The notes: a model not told the origin generated them from the sequence alone. A stretch of 64,000 bases of DNA from Eledone cirrhosa (GCA_964016885.1 OZ024742.1:70618001-70682000), one strand, 5' to 3'; shown: positions 1 through 13,874, numbered from the stretch's first letter. Translations and numbers: made by a program.

Positions 1-660
1 CCAGGTGAACTGCTAGGTTGACCACTGTTGGGCGGCGTTGGTGGATATCAAATCCAAAGATCCGCCAGATAGCTTCATTGTTGGATATGTATCGACCTGT
101 CTGATACCATTTGAGCTCATCCAGCCGAAAACCATTGAGCTCCTTGTCAATAACAAAGGAAACCATGTTACTTTCGTAGATATATTTTGTGATATGTAGT
201 ATTGCTTTGACGGAGTTGCTATACTCAACATTGATCTGGGATTTTAGGAGTTTGCACAACAATTTGTTGTGTGGGACTTACTCATCGATTGTCTATGGTC
301 AGCTCCTCTCCCCAAACTGTTAGGCTTGCAGTATTACCTCCATATTCTGGTCTACGCCTACGATAAAGTGGATATCCACCCTTGCAAGTCTGAGTTTCCT
401 GAATAAAATCTTTAAGATAATTTTTGCTGTTTTTTTTTATATCTTGCATGCAGGATGAAGCTGGGTTGATTACTCCACATAGACCATGGATGAGTTTGGT
501 CTTCATGGCTTCAAAGAGCTGGATCGTAATCTTTATTGGGCAGCTCTACTGAAATTATCTTGTCGATATCATCTGGTCTTATCGTCTTGCACCTGATTAG
601 TGTTTGAAAGTGAGGAAGTCCCCTCTTCTACCATTCAATAGTGGTCATCCAGGCACTTTT
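1..660 (-). pseudogene. Helitron Rep (HUH endonuclease) domain relic, frameshifted
   Basis: Minus-strand translation gives IEW-x-KRGLPH-like, DKIISVELP, HGLCGVINP, GYPLYRRR and IDNR motifs typical of Helitron RepHel, broken by stops and frameshifts. Confidence 0.8.
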
Positions 661-746
661 TAAACCATATAATGCAACATTATAAATATTTGTGTTAATT
701 CAAATAACACTGGGAAAAATAACGAACTAATTTATCTAACAACATA

Positions 747-748
<2 letters not shown>

Positions 749-825
<77 letters not shown>
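749..825. repeat. (GT)n microsatellite
   Basis: Directly visible; one of many (TA)n/(CA)n/(GA)n tracts in the window. Confidence 0.95.
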
Positions 826-829
<4 letters not shown>

Positions 830-1159
830 GTAAACAGAAATAACAACACAAACGGTACAGTATATGGAAGGAATACATTAGTTTAACGCTAGAAATAGCA
901 GGAAAAAGGGCTTAACGATCTCATATTTTCTTAGCTTCTTATATATATACGACAAGTAAGTATGTTTTGAAACAGCGAGCGAGTTTGAAAATGGAAATAG
1001 AATCTTTCGCCGTTATCTTTTAATAAATAAATTTTAGCCTGATAGTGGTGTTTAGAACCCTCAAAGAAATGGAAAAAGATGATGATACATATGTTGGTTC
1101 TACAAGAGTTAGAAACAGCGATCTTCTCTTCATTTAAACAATTCCCTACTGCCAACTTC

Positions 1160-2130
1160 TCCGGATCCGCCGCCTTTGCAGCCGAGATGCGGACTTTGAG
1201 ACTCGGGCCCTTTCTCTAGTTCATCATTTCACTCGGAAGGGTTACCCCCTTCCTCATCCACGCCGCTGTTTCCCGCGCCTGCGCCGTCCACCACGCCACC
1301 GCCCTGCCATCATCACCCTCTCCACCCTCTACTCCCACTCCTTCGACTTGACCATTTCCGGTTGCGCACGCCACACTACCATTTCACTTCCTCATCGCCA
1401 TTCTCTTCTACACGAACCCGGAATTTACGACACGTGGAATCCACCCGTTATAACCCTAGATCTTCACCATCTACAGACACACACACAGACTCTTGCACCA
1501 TCTCCACACACATGCAACTACGCTCCGCACACGAACCCACATCATCTACAGACATATCACGCACCCCCTTCTCTTAAAAACAGAAACTCACACACACTTG
1601 CACATCTACACATACACCCACACTTCACCCCACACCGCCTCCGAATATGACACGATCTCATCTCATCCCATCCACCCCCCCTCCATCCACACACACACAC
1701 ACCTACACCCATACAGGGACTATACACGCACAGATACACTCCACCCCAACACACACATAATGGTTTTTCAAAGCCCACATTCACATACACTCGCTTCCTC
1801 CCAGACTCTCACACTTACATCCACACATCCACACACACTTATATCTACACTTACATTTTTTTTTAATTCTGTTTTTTTTATATATTCCTTTTAATTCTGT
1901 TTCTATTTATTTTGATTTTCATGTTTATTTTTATTTCTATTTTTCCCGTCCTTTTATGTTTTTTCCGATTAACTCCCTTCCTCACTCCCTCTCGGAGTTC
2001 CTCCCTACTTTCCTGAAGAAGGACTTATGTCCAAAACGTCGTAACATCCCACCCCCACTCTCACCAAGCGTGAAGTTAATAACACTATGTACTATTGACG
2101 CCTGCGTTTGTTTGTTTGTCCTTTTGATAT
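1160..2130 (+). mobile_element. Degenerate PLE 3' end (GIY-YIG C-terminus remnant plus pLTR)
   Basis: IYDTWNPPVIT-like remnant near 1420-1455, CA-rich UTR, HHR-like motif at about 2010-2045, ends in TA repeat. Confidence 0.4.
2008..2048 (+). ncRNA. Degenerate minimal hammerhead motif
   Basis: CTGAAGA-a-ggac/ttat/gtcc-AAAA (GAAA mutated)-cgtcg-TA. Confidence 0.4.
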
Positions 2131-2136
2131 ATATAT

Positions 2137-3755
2137 ACTAGCAGCTGAGCCCGGTTGCACCCGGGGCCACTTTTTATTAAGTTAATAATTTGAAAAATAT
2201 TATTGAAAGTTTATTATAAAGAAGCAGTTTCAGGAGAAAAAAATAGAAATATGCACTTGGGGCTGGACGGCGTACAACGAGAAGTGGAGCGACGTGAAAA
2301 GCGTTGTTTATTAACAGCGAAATAGCAATGTCGATGATATGCAATTTGAAAAATACTACTTACTGTTAGTGATGGTTAACATGTATTAGAATTGAAATAA
2401 AAACACGCGTCCCTTCTTCGCAATTTCGCCAAGGGGGCGATACTTGGTTTTAGTGTCCTAAATTATCATCATTGACATTCAATTATTAGCTCCACCCACT
2501 ACACGATACGTCACGACACGTCATCAGCTGCTGCTGTTGCTGGATTTTTACATGTTCATTTTTTTACATGCTTCATTTTTACACGAAAAAACATTGAATT
2601 TTTAGAATAAATATTTATTAAAATATTAACCGAGAAAATTAGATTTTTGATTTATTTTTTGAACAAAATAAATATTTATTTACAGTTTTTCACAGAAAAA
2701 CTATGCTTCATTTTTACATGAATATTTATTTACAGTTTTTAAGTTTTTAACCGAAACACATGCTTCATTTTTACAGGAATATTTATTTACAGTTTTTAAC
2801 AGAAAAAAAATTGCTGCGAAATACATTTTTTTTTTAACACACGATACGTCACGAAGGTAAATGTTTCGAAAAAAATGTTAAACTGTATATCGCAACAATA
2901 TATTGTTTAAAGAAATTTTTTTTCTGTTGTTTAAAACTGTAAATCTGTTTTTTAAAAAAGTATTTAACCGAAACACTATGCTTCATTTTTACATGAATAT
3001 ATATTTACAGTTTTTAACAGAAAAAAAATTGCTGCGAAATACATTTTTTTTTAACATATTTACAGTTTTTAACAACAGAAAAAAAATTTCTTTAAACAAT
3101 ATATTGTTGCGATATACAGTTTTAAATGTTTTAGAAACATTTACCTTCGTGACGTATCGTGTAGTGGGTGGAGCTAATAATTGAATGTCGATGATGATAA
3201 TTTAGGACACTAAAACCAAGTATCGCCAAGGGTTTTGATGGAAAACAGTGACCGTACTGCAGAATCGATTTCATAAAACGGTACTGTATGATCGTTAAAT
3301 GTAGAAGGATGATAATTTATTAACAGCGAAATAGAAATGTCGATGATATGCAAGTTTAAAAATGCATATTATGAAGGTTTGTATGATAGTTTACACTTTT
3401 TCCTGAAACTGCTTCTTTATAATAAACTTTCAATAATATTTTTCAGATTATTGGTACTGTATGTTAACAGCGAAAGAACGTTGATGAGTTTAAAAATGTG
3501 TATGAAATTGTAAATAACTCAGCCAAGTATTAGAACAGGGGGAAATAACTCACCGAACACGATAGTAAATAGACCGTTTGGGGGCCCTAGGGACCACATT
3601 TTTCAAGTTAGATATTTGAAACCTCGTCTATTTGCTTCCTTGGCACTTTTTACATAGGTGTGTAAATTTTCACGTCAGTCCGACCACGTCTACTACCATT
3701 TAACCGTGCACATCTGAATTTCAACCACCGCCCATTTCACAAATATATATTAGAT
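2137..3755 (-). mobile_element. Non-autonomous Helitron, copy 1 (interrupted by a MITE)
   Basis: Minus-strand 3' end ccccgggtgcaaccgggctcagctgCTAGt (hairpin plus CTAG); reverse complement of 9185-10009 apart from the 2436-3227 insert. Confidence 0.8.
2436..3227. mobile_element. MITE-like DNA transposon with about 80-bp TIRs
   Basis: GGCGATACTTGGTTTTAGTGTCCTAAATTATCATC... at the left and its reverse complement at the right, flanked by aaggg/aaggg. Absent from the second Helitron copy. Internal AT-rich subrepeats. Confidence 0.8.
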
Positions 3756-3759
3756 ATAT

Positions 3760-3789
3760 ATATATATATATTGACAAACACACGCGCAT

Positions 3790-3822
<33 letters not shown>

Positions 3823-3884
3823 ACTGTAATAATATATATATCGTCTACTTTATTTAACTTGAAAGAGAGAGTTAAAGAACGCAG

Positions 3885-3925
<41 letters not shown>

Positions 3926-3938
3926 CACATGCACATGC

Positions 3939-3985
<47 letters not shown>

Positions 3986-4150
3986 CACACACATGCACGC
4001 ACACAGACACGCATATATATGAATGTAATAAAATATACATCGTCTGCTTTATTTAACTTGAGACAGAGAAAGAAAGAGTTAAGGAACGCAGACACACTCA
4101 CACACACCTGCATGCATGCACACGCACACGCATGCGCACGCACACGCCTG
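3760..4150. repeat. Compound CA/TA microsatellite with an approximately 210-bp local duplication
   Basis: atcgtct.ctttatttaacttga...aagagttaa.gaacgcaga occurs at about 3840 and about 4040. Confidence 0.75.
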
Positions 4151-5096
4151 CGCGAATAGATGATTGCTCAATGATTGATCTTTAATGTGGTTATTAATTT
4201 TAACTATATCTTGTATTACCATTTAAACACTTTTTTTAAAGCTATCAATGTACCTTAAGAAATCATGCAATGAGGAAATCTTGTAGGTGCATTCATTGTA
4301 GATTCAACTTTAGCTTGAAATCCTGATTTCCAGTCATCGCTTCTGAGCCATTGTGTCATACACACATGTAATTTCATTCTGGGTATTTGTTCGTTATAAA
4401 TTAAACAGATTGAACAGTGTCCTTCAAGTCTGGCGGCACAAGTAAATCCAGATTGCAAAAAGATTCGTTGTACTTCTTTGTTTATTTGTTGGTTTGTTGG
4501 TTGGTTCGTGGTTGTTATTGTTGTTGTTCCTGGATGTTTAGCTTCTACAGTTACACTCACTCTCTGATTCGTATTGCAGCATCTAGGTTCTGGAGAAACT
4601 ATTAATTCAACAGTTTCCAGTTCTTTTTTAAAAAATTGCACCAGTTATTCATAGGTGGTTATATTTTATTCTATGTAATAAAAAAGAAACTAACATTTTG
4701 AAAATGACTGTAAAAAAAAACATAAAAGAATACCGGGCATAAATTAGTCAAGACGAATATATATTTATTTGTAAGTTTTTTAATTATATCGTAAATTAAA
4801 AATTAAAATGTCATGTGATCTATGATTACTCTTGAAAATTGAAGATATTGCGTAATCATAGATGTGTTAATCTTACTAATATGCTGCACAAGTGTCATGA
4901 TCAAATGACCTCAGCAAGTACCAACAATTGCGTCACAGTCCGCTACATATATATGTATTTCTTTCTTTTTTTCAGATAAGGTGTGGCAACACATAGCTTG
5001 GTAATAAATTAACTTCCTTGTTGGCAGACATTGGCCTTTTAAAATGTTTTCTCCGTAAATATACATGCATATAGCTAATGGTATTACACAAAAGAG

Positions 5097-5161
<65 letters not shown>

Positions 5162-5357
5162 TTATTGCACCCTATTACTGCATTAAGTGTGGCCGAAATT
5201 CGAGTCCGGAAACTAATATAGGCACTCGTTTTACATGTGTTGTATTGAAGCGAATAACTATGTGTATACTCTGGGAATGTATCTTACATTACCTATTGAG
5301 TACGCTGAGATACAACCGGTCCTGGCATTGATAAATATGCTGGGTCCATCAACTCCT

Positions 5358-5660
<303 letters not shown>

Positions 5661-5825
5661 AAAAAGAAGTAGGTGACATAGTCACTACTTTAAAATGATA
5701 GCGCAAGGTCTTCAAAATGTTTTTAATTAAACATACGGTATATTATCAAATATACTATACATACATTCATGTATACATCGCTATTTCAGAGCACCAATCC
5801 TAATATATATATATATGTATATGAA

Positions 5826-6805
5826 TTTTCATAAAATTGTACTATTCTCAGCAGGAAGGATAGCTGTAAACACCTGAATACTATAAGTATAGTAAAAAGT
5901 CGAGTTAAGATATAACCACATATTGAACGGAGAGCGGGAGAGAAAGGAAGAAAGAGAGTCTAAAGCGCGAGATGAGAAATGAGAGGGGTATAGAGAGAGA
6001 GAAGAGAAGAAGAGAGGAGAAGAGAAAAGCGGGAATAAGATCGATTGAGCAGAACTTTTGGAGAATTGCAAAAAACATTAAAAAATAATGGAGAAAGGAT
6101 GAAAAAAGTAAACTAACAAGAAAAATAGAACTTTGGCGTCATGCGAATCATCAGCTATCTTGTAGACCAACATAGTTTCTCGCGGGAAGAAGAAGGACTA
6201 TGTATATAAATCTAGCCTGCGCAACAGAACCTTAATTTCTGTTGTTCTGATGCTGGAATAGAGGAACGAGTGAGCAGTGGGGCACGTCTATACAAAGCCG
6301 TGACGGCAGAAAAAAGGGCTCTCTGTTATTCTGAGGGGAACAGCAGCAGCAGTAGGCGACAAGAGAGCAGAAGTATCAGCAGCAGCAGTGATAATAACAT
6401 GGGAGAGGCGATAGCGGGAGAAACAAAAATGGATAGATTGGGGGTGGGAGAAGAGAGACAAAATAGTCAGATAAAGATATAAAGAGTTACCTGTCTCTGG
6501 CACCGTATCTGTTCAATTTAGAAGCCAACATGGCTCAAATTATGTACGTAAACATCAATTTTCATAAAATTATAGTATGTTCAGTGCGAAGGGTAGCTGT
6601 AAACAGCTAGATACTATATATATAGTAAAAAGTCGGGTTAAGATATAACCACATATTGAACTGAGAGCGGGAGAGAAAGGAAGAAAGAGAGTCTAAAACA
6701 TGAGATGAGAAATGAAAGGGGTACGGTATATATGTATATAGCGAGAGAGGGGGGGGGAGAAAAGCGGGAATGAAATCGATGGAGCAGAATTTTTGGAGAA
6801 TTACG
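5826..6805. repeat. Direct repeat pair of about 240 bp (5826-6070 and 6556-6805)
   Basis: aattttcataaaatt...gttaagatataaccacatattgaac...gaaaagcgggaat...tttggagaatt is present twice. Confidence 0.8.
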
Positions 6806-7571
6806 AAAATGAATGTGTGTGTGAGTGGGTGGTTGACATTAAATCAGGTATTAATACAGGCAGTAGTTCGTCTCTGGGTGTTTTCCTTTGCTATAACATT
6901 AGTTGTTACGCGAATGTCTTTCTATAAATTGTCATGTAACACAATATGTTGCCAGTAGACTATAAAAGACTCCTAAATGTTTGATTACTGTCTTCCTAGA
7001 AATTGTGTCCAAAAGAAATAACGTAACTCATGTCACAGAGAGATTTTTAAAGCTAACAAAAATGGTGTCAATTCATTTAAAATTGTTTTGCAATGATATG
7101 CTTGTATAACTCAGCGTCAGCCATTACTGTGAAGCTTGGCTGATGTTGAGTAAATCCTTCTGAAATTGGAGATGCTGGCACAATTTTTTCTTCCTCTGGT
7201 GGAAATCTCTAGCGGCAAACGGAAGTCATTGCTATCGTTAACATCACCATCATCATCATCATCATTGCCATCATCCTCATCCCCATCGGCGTCATCAACA
7301 ACACCCACTAGCACCAACACCACCTCTAACAAACAACAACATTCCACTATCGTCAGAGTCACCACCATCATCACTCACCACCATTATCATCAACAGCAGT
7401 TGTTGCAGCAGCATCGCCACAACCTTCTTAGCACTTAAACTCAGCATATTTTCCTATTTCTGTCACACTTCCATGACTCCAGATTTCCCCTAGCCTCTTT
7501 TTCACAGGAGTGCACCCTCTAGATATTTCCCGCCCTTCCCAATATAAGTTAATATTAAACATACAAAAGGA

Positions 7572-7735
7572 TTGTGGATTGGTAGAATTGGTAGAACGTC
7601 AGATAAAATGCAATTGCGGTATTTGTTCTGGCTATTTGCATTATGAGTTCAAATCCCGCTGAGATCAACTTGATTTATTCAACTTTGCCCACTCCAAAAG
7701 TTTCTGGCTTTGTACCTAAATTAGAAATCAATATA
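7572..7735 (+). mobile_element. tRNA-derived SINE, degenerate
   Basis: A-box-like tggtagaattgg, B-box gagttcaaatccc, and a tail ggctttgtacctaaattagaaa related to the other SINE copies. Confidence 0.6.
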
Positions 7736-7809
7736 AACAATACTAACTTCACTCAGTTATTTCGACTTCATAATCTAAGAACAGTTAAGGTCCATGTTAC
7801 GAAGGAAAA

Positions 7810-7961
7810 CAGTAGCTTGCGGGCCACATGCGGCCTGTTTTGGGCTTCTGAATGACACGCCTAACGAAAAATTACTTTAAATGTTTTTGTAGTGCGGCCC
7901 GCCTTATGATAAGTCATATCCTATGCGGCCCATTGCTCGAAAAAAAGGTTACCCATGCCTG
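7810..7961. mobile_element. hAT-like MITE remnant
   Basis: Repeated gcggccc subterminal motifs and the end aaaaaggttacccatgcctg. Confidence 0.5.
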
Positions 7962-8212
7962 CTATAAGCATTGTCCCTGTTTTCTCCCGCGTATATTAAC
8001 ATGAGTTTGATATTTAAAGTATTGTAGATATTTAAGAAATTGTATAGTAGCAAATCCTACAGTACTTCTATCTAAACCTGAATACCTTTCCTAGAACATC
8101 GGAGACGCGATATATATATATATGTGTTTGTGTGTGGGTGTGGGTGGGTGTGGGGGTGAGGGGGGGATCCGTTTCCTCAATATTTCTATTTCTTCTTTAA
8201 TTTCTCATTTTA

Positions 8213-8250
8213 TTTTCTGATAAAGGATTAGCGTCCGAAACGTTAGAACT
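8213..8250 (+). ncRNA. Degenerate hammerhead motif in a short pLTR remnant
   Basis: ttCTGATAA-a-gga/ttagcg/tcc-GAAA-cgt-TA-gaa. Confidence 0.4.
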
Positions 8251-8651
8251 CTTTTCCTACTATATAAAACGTAAAACTAATAATATAATAGAATTAGAAT
8301 TTAGCTTCTAACATAGCTGTATACAAATATATATTTGAATTTCGTATTTCTAAAGAAATACGGTATGTTTATTAATCTCAGCCGGGTGGCTGGAACAGGT
8401 AAAAAAGTAAAAGAGTAAACTTTTAGAAAGTCATAGCTATGTATAACACACTGGCAGCTAACGCCACCAGGCGGTGTACGGCAGAAGCAAGGTTGAGAAT
8501 CGTCGATGCATTTCGAACTCAACTAGTTCTCGTTTCTAAATGATTATTTATAAGCATACCGTATTTCTTTAGAAATGCGAAATTCAAATGCAACTAATAA
8601 TATAGTTCTTCATTGTACTATGTCGCTGGCTTAGTTATTTCTTTTGCACCT

Positions 8652-8759
<108 letters not shown>

Positions 8760-8977
8760 GTATATATATATAGTTAAGAAGCTATATATAACAAAACGTG
8801 GAGTGTATGAAACAGTGTATTTTTTGTTGAATCACAAGTCTAGCGAGCAGCTCGATACTGGAGTCGGGCCCATAACTTCTATGGGTGTCCTTGAACCAAA
8901 CCTTTGCGAAAGTCGCGTAACAGATCGATACACTATAAAAATATAAATATAAATGTAAACGAAACTTCATAGTTTTT

Positions 8978-9027
<50 letters not shown>

Positions 9028-9184
9028 CGTTATTCCGGGTTGAATCGGATGTAACCACAGTAAGTAAGGTACTCAGACCTGTAAATACCATATTTATTTT
9101 TTGATACCCAGATTCCTGATGATTTCTAAAGAATGAAACAGTTCTAGTCCTGTAGCATCTCATCTATATTAAAACTATATATAT

Positions 9185-10007
9185 ATAATATATATTTGTG
9201 AAATGGGCGGTGGATGAAATTCAGATGTGCACGGTTAAATGGTAGTAGACGTGGTCGGACTGACATGAAAATTTACACACCTATGTAAAAAGTGCCAAGG
9301 AAGCAAATAGACGAGGTTTCAAATATCTAACTTGAAAAATGTGGTCCCTAGGGCCCCCAAACGGTCTATTTACTATCGTGTTCGGTGAGTTATTTCCCCC
9401 TGTTCTAATACTTGGCTGAGTTATTTACAATTTCATACACATTTTTAAACTCATCAACGTTCTTTCGCTGTTAACATACAGTACCAATAATCTGAAAAAT
9501 ATTATTGAAAGTTTATTATAAAGAAGCAGTTTCAGGAAAAAGTGTAAACTATCATACAAACCTTCATAATATGCATTTTTAAACTTGCATATCATCGACA
9601 TTGCTATTTCCCTGTTAATAAACTATCATCCTTCTACATTTAACGATCATACAGTACCGTTTTATGAAATTGAATCTGCAGTACGGTGACTGTTTTCCAT
9701 CAAAAGAAATAAAACCCTTAAATTGCGAAGAAGGGACGCGTGTTTTTATTTTAATTCTAATACATGTTAACCACCACTAACAGTAAGTAGTATTTTTCAA
9801 ATTGCATATCATCGACATTGCTATTTCGCTGTTAATAAACAACGCTTTTCGCGTCGCTCCACTTCTCATTGTACGCCGTCCAGCCCCAAGTGCATATTTC
9901 TATTTTTTTTTCCTGAAACTGCTTCTTTATAATAAACTTTCAATAATATTTTTCAAATTATTAACTTAATAAAAAGTGGCCCCGGGTGCAACCGGGCTCA
10001 GCTGCTA

Positions 10008-10009
<2 letters not shown>
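9185..10009 (+). mobile_element. Non-autonomous Helitron, copy 2
   Basis: Ends ccccgggtgcaaccgggctcagctgCTAGt; near-identical inverted match to 2137-2430 and 3228-3750. Confidence 0.8.
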
Positions 10010-10060
<51 letters not shown>

Positions 10061-10067
<7 letters not shown>

Positions 10068-10342
10068 GTTTGTATATGTATAATAAAGCCAAAACAATGC
10101 AGGTATGGACATAGAATAAAGAATGCAAATGCAAAAGATATTGTTGACAATTAGTCTTTTACCTTAGATTTATTTAAATGTCAGGACATTTAAATAAATC
10201 TAAGGTAAAAGACTAATTGTCAACAATATCTTTTGCTTTTGCATTCTTTATTCTATGTCCATACCTGCATTGTCTTGGCTTTATTATACATATACAAACG
10301 TTTATATCTCATTACACAATGCTTCAAGTGAACTATAACTTC

Positions 10343-10350
<8 letters not shown>
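10061..10350 (+). mobile_element. About 245-bp near-perfect palindrome; minimal fold-back PLE insertion
   Basis: Arms 10061-10181 and 10184-10306 are reverse complements. The right arm continues to acaATGcttcaagtgaactataac (MLQVNYNFL), similar to the PLE ORF start at 21306 (MLQANFNTL). (TA)n on both sides. Confidence 0.75.
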
Positions 10351-10387
<37 letters not shown>

Positions 10388-10389
<2 letters not shown>

Positions 10390-11325
10390 GATCATTATGC
10401 TAAAAGCTTATAGTTTTAAGCAGACAGTATTATTGATTTAGGTGTCATAGAAACCCTGCATTTGGATTTTACCATCAATTCCATTTGGGTCCCGGTCTGT
10501 TTTTATCATTTATTTTGTTTGACCTGTTTATCTTGATTTGTTTTTTGGCTTAGGTGGTTAATGCCTTCTTGACTACTTTTTCAGTTTGTATGGCGTTTTA
10601 ACATATTGTTTAGCTCTAGTTGTCTTAACTATTGGAGCGCTTGCCAGCATTTCTACGATTTTGCGTTTCGTTTCGCTTTTTCTACCAGCCAAAATGCGAT
10701 TCTCACTGAATTTATATTTGTATTAATCTCCCGAGTCTTACGATTAACCTGTTAATAATTCTATTGACATATTAATTGCATAAGTTTATTTTAAAAACTA
10801 CCTGGTAGAGTGCTTATTCGATTTGTGCTATCTATGCAATTTTTTGTATGATATACACATACTGAATTCATTTGCCAAAATCTGGGGGTTTTTCCCCTTG
10901 TGAGTTACACATGTGCTTTTACAAAGTTCTACGTCATTCACTAAGTTGGTTGCAGAGCAAAATACCTGTTGATAACGTGATATTCCTTGTTCGATCATTA
11001 TGCTAAAAGCTTATAGTTTTAAGCAGACAATATTATTGATTTAGGTGTCATAGAAACCCTGCATTTGGATTTTACCATCAATTCCATTTGGGTCCAGGTC
11101 TGTTTTTATCATTTATTTTGTTTGACCTGTTTAGCTTGATTTGTTTTTTTGGCTTAGGTGGTTAATGCCTTCTTGACCAATTTTTCAGGTTTGTATGGCG
11201 TTTTAACATATTTTTTTAGCTCTAGTTTTCTTAACTATTGGAGCGCTTGCCAGCATTTCTACGATTTTGCGTTTCGTTTCGCTTTTTCTATCAGCCAAAA
11301 TGCGATTCTCGCTGAATTTATATTT
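10388..11325. repeat. Partial tandem duplication (period about 605 bp, about 330 bp repeated) between (TA)n tracts
   Basis: cgatcattatgctaaaagcttatag...gaatttatattt occurs at 10388-10720 and 10993-11325. Confidence 0.85.
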
Positions 11326-11894
11326 ATATATATATATATATACACAGTTCAAGAGTAACCAATCTTAAAGAGAGAGATGGAGATAGGAGAGATTGGTGAA
11401 TTAGTTAGAAGCCAAAGCGTAAAGGTATGTGCTCAATGTGCAAAAAGCAGCTAGGTGACTGGGTTCATGCAGAAGTTAGGCGCGCAGAGCTGGAAATATT
11501 CATTAGTTAACCAAAACAAGACCACAAATTTCACAAGGAAGACATTATTAAAAGATTGTCAACATATTTTAGTTTGATGTAAGGAATGTAGAGAATAATA
11601 ATAATAATATTAATAATAATAATATCCGTTTACAATTGTTTCGCTACTCCATATAATATTTCTGGATCAGATGACTATATATCATTATTGATCTGGTTCA
11701 GTTGAAAATAATTAACATGTTTAAAAACAGAGCGGCTCATCGGAACTTCAAAGGAATATAAATTAAAATAAGGAGAGAATGTTACATAATGTAATGTTCC
11801 ATATATTGGTATTTCACTATGGTGTCCTGGTTGTATCAGTTGTCAGCCATAATCAAGCAGTATTCATCTGTCGAGGCTGCATTGTTATTTTTTA

Positions 11895-13252
11895 AAATAA
11901 TGGTCCCTCTATCACCATCGAGCCGAACCATAAAGTAGTAAACTACCTAGACGTCACCCTGGATCTCAACAATAACCTATATTACCCTTACCATAAACCA
12001 GGTGAAATACTCACATATATTAGCCAACACTCTAACCACCCACTGGCAGTCATCAGAGCAGTAATCAAATCTATCTCGTATAGGATCTCCATGCTATCAG
12101 CAAATGAGGAGATATTTATAAACCATGCACAATATTATAATAAGGCTCTTTCTGAATCTGGTTATGAACAATCAATTTACTACATACCTAAATGCCATAA
12201 CACAGCAATTCACCATAATAAACTTAACACTAGAACTAGAAATACCTTAGCATATATCCAGATTCGCCGGAATTTTAGCAGTAACAGCACCTATAGAGGG
12301 AAGTTTAATGGTGGCAGCGGCCTGCTCGCCACTCCAAGTAGCAAACTAAAAATCAACCCTAGAATAGGAATGAGAAATGGGATGACAAATAACAAATCCC
12401 CAGGTAATAATAACCCTAGGAAGGCCCCTACCAACTCCACTAGAACCCCTAGAAGGAATAGACCTAGAAATATCACCTGGCTTAACGCCCCATTCTCATC
12501 TAATCTAGCCACTAATATCCCTAAACGCTTCTTCTCTATCCTATCTAAACATTTCCCCCCCAACCATAGATATTACAAACTCTTTAATAAAAATAACATT
12601 AAAATCTCATTCTCCACAATACCTAACCTACGACATCGCATTCAGTAACCATCATAAACTAAGACAGTATAACTCCCACACCGCGGTACCCCCCCCCATC
12701 AAATACACCACCCCACTACACCAATACTTACTCTAGTAGCACACCTCCCCCATCTAATCCTTCTAGCACTGACCAACCGCTTAGGTTAAACAACCCTACT
12801 CTCACTAACCGCAGAAGTAACTGCAACTGCCGTTACCCTAATGCATGCCCACTCAATGGACATTGCCTGACACCCAACATAGTCTATAGTGCACGGTTAA
12901 AACTGCTTCGCAGACCAGCTCTTATATCGGGTTTACCTCTAACCCTTTTAAGGTACGCTATAACGCGCACTCTTTTTCCTTCCGAGACCCTAACAACAGA
13001 TGTTCGACATCTCTAGCTAGGCTCATGAAAAACCTTAAATTAACCAACATTGAACACTCACTAACATGGGATATGTTAGCTAGGGCCCAACCGTTCAATG
13101 GACGAAGAAAATCTTGTGACATCTGTCTTACCGAAGCATATTACATAACTCTATCACGACCTCTACCGATTAACGATAGAACGGACGTAAATATTAGCTG
13201 TCAACATCGAAGGGCTAATTCCTTCGCCAACAGAATATTTGACCCAACATAG
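11895..13252 (+). pseudogene. PLE RT thumb/linker plus GIY-YIG endonuclease, disrupted
   Basis: VNYLDVTLDL, YHKP, SNHP, WLNAPFSSNLATNI, IKISFST, CNCRYPNACPL, CDICLTE and SCQHR motifs; ORFs 12091-12648 and 13025-13252. Confidence 0.85.
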
Positions 13253-13630
13253 TCATCTAGCCCCATTTTTACTTGTAGCTAATAAGTTAAATAGCTATAA
13301 CTAACTTAGATAATTATAAGTTACCTCCCCTACATTGTCTCTCAATTAAAAAATGTAAAAATTAGCACTTAACTGTAAACTACCCACAATTTCTAATCTC
13401 TCGAGGAGTTATTTCCCCTGAAATCACCCTCTAATTAGTAAGGTAATTATGTCCTTTAGCAGCCATCTTGTTACCCATAGGCAGATCTCACACAATGCAG
13501 CCTCGACAGATGAATACTGCTTGATTATGGCTGACAACTGATACAACTAGGACACCATAGTGAAATACCAATATATGGAACATTACATTATGTAACATTC
13601 TCTCCTTATTTTAATTTATATTCCTTTTAA

Positions 13631-13750
13631 GTTCCGATGAGCCGCTCTGTCTTTAAATATGTTAATTATTTTCAACTGAACCAGATCAATAATGATATAT
13701 AGTCATCTGATCCAGAAATATTATATGGAGTAGCGAAACAATTGTAAACG
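13631..13750 (+). ncRNA. Type I hammerhead motif with long stem-II insert (mirror copy 11628-11746, -)
   Basis: gtt-CCGATGA-gccgctc...(about 85 nt)...gagtagc-GAAA-caattg-TA-aac; palindromic helix III. Confidence 0.6.
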
Positions 13751-13874
13751 GACATTATTATTATTAATTTTATTATTATTATTCTCTACATTCCTTACAT
13801 CAAACTAAAATATGTTGACAATCTTTTAATAATGTCTTCCTTGTGAAATTTGTGGTCTTGTTTTGGTTAACTAA

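Noticed and set aside
4255-4641. Possible host exons on the minus strand (GTGAGT donor at 4560; 128-aa ORF)
   Set aside because: Weak acceptors, an in-frame stop before the next donor and no recognisable protein motif; would need RNA-seq.
7080-7438. Possible exon or Ser/His-rich ORFs
   Set aside because: Mostly (CAT/CAC)n low complexity; no supportable homology.
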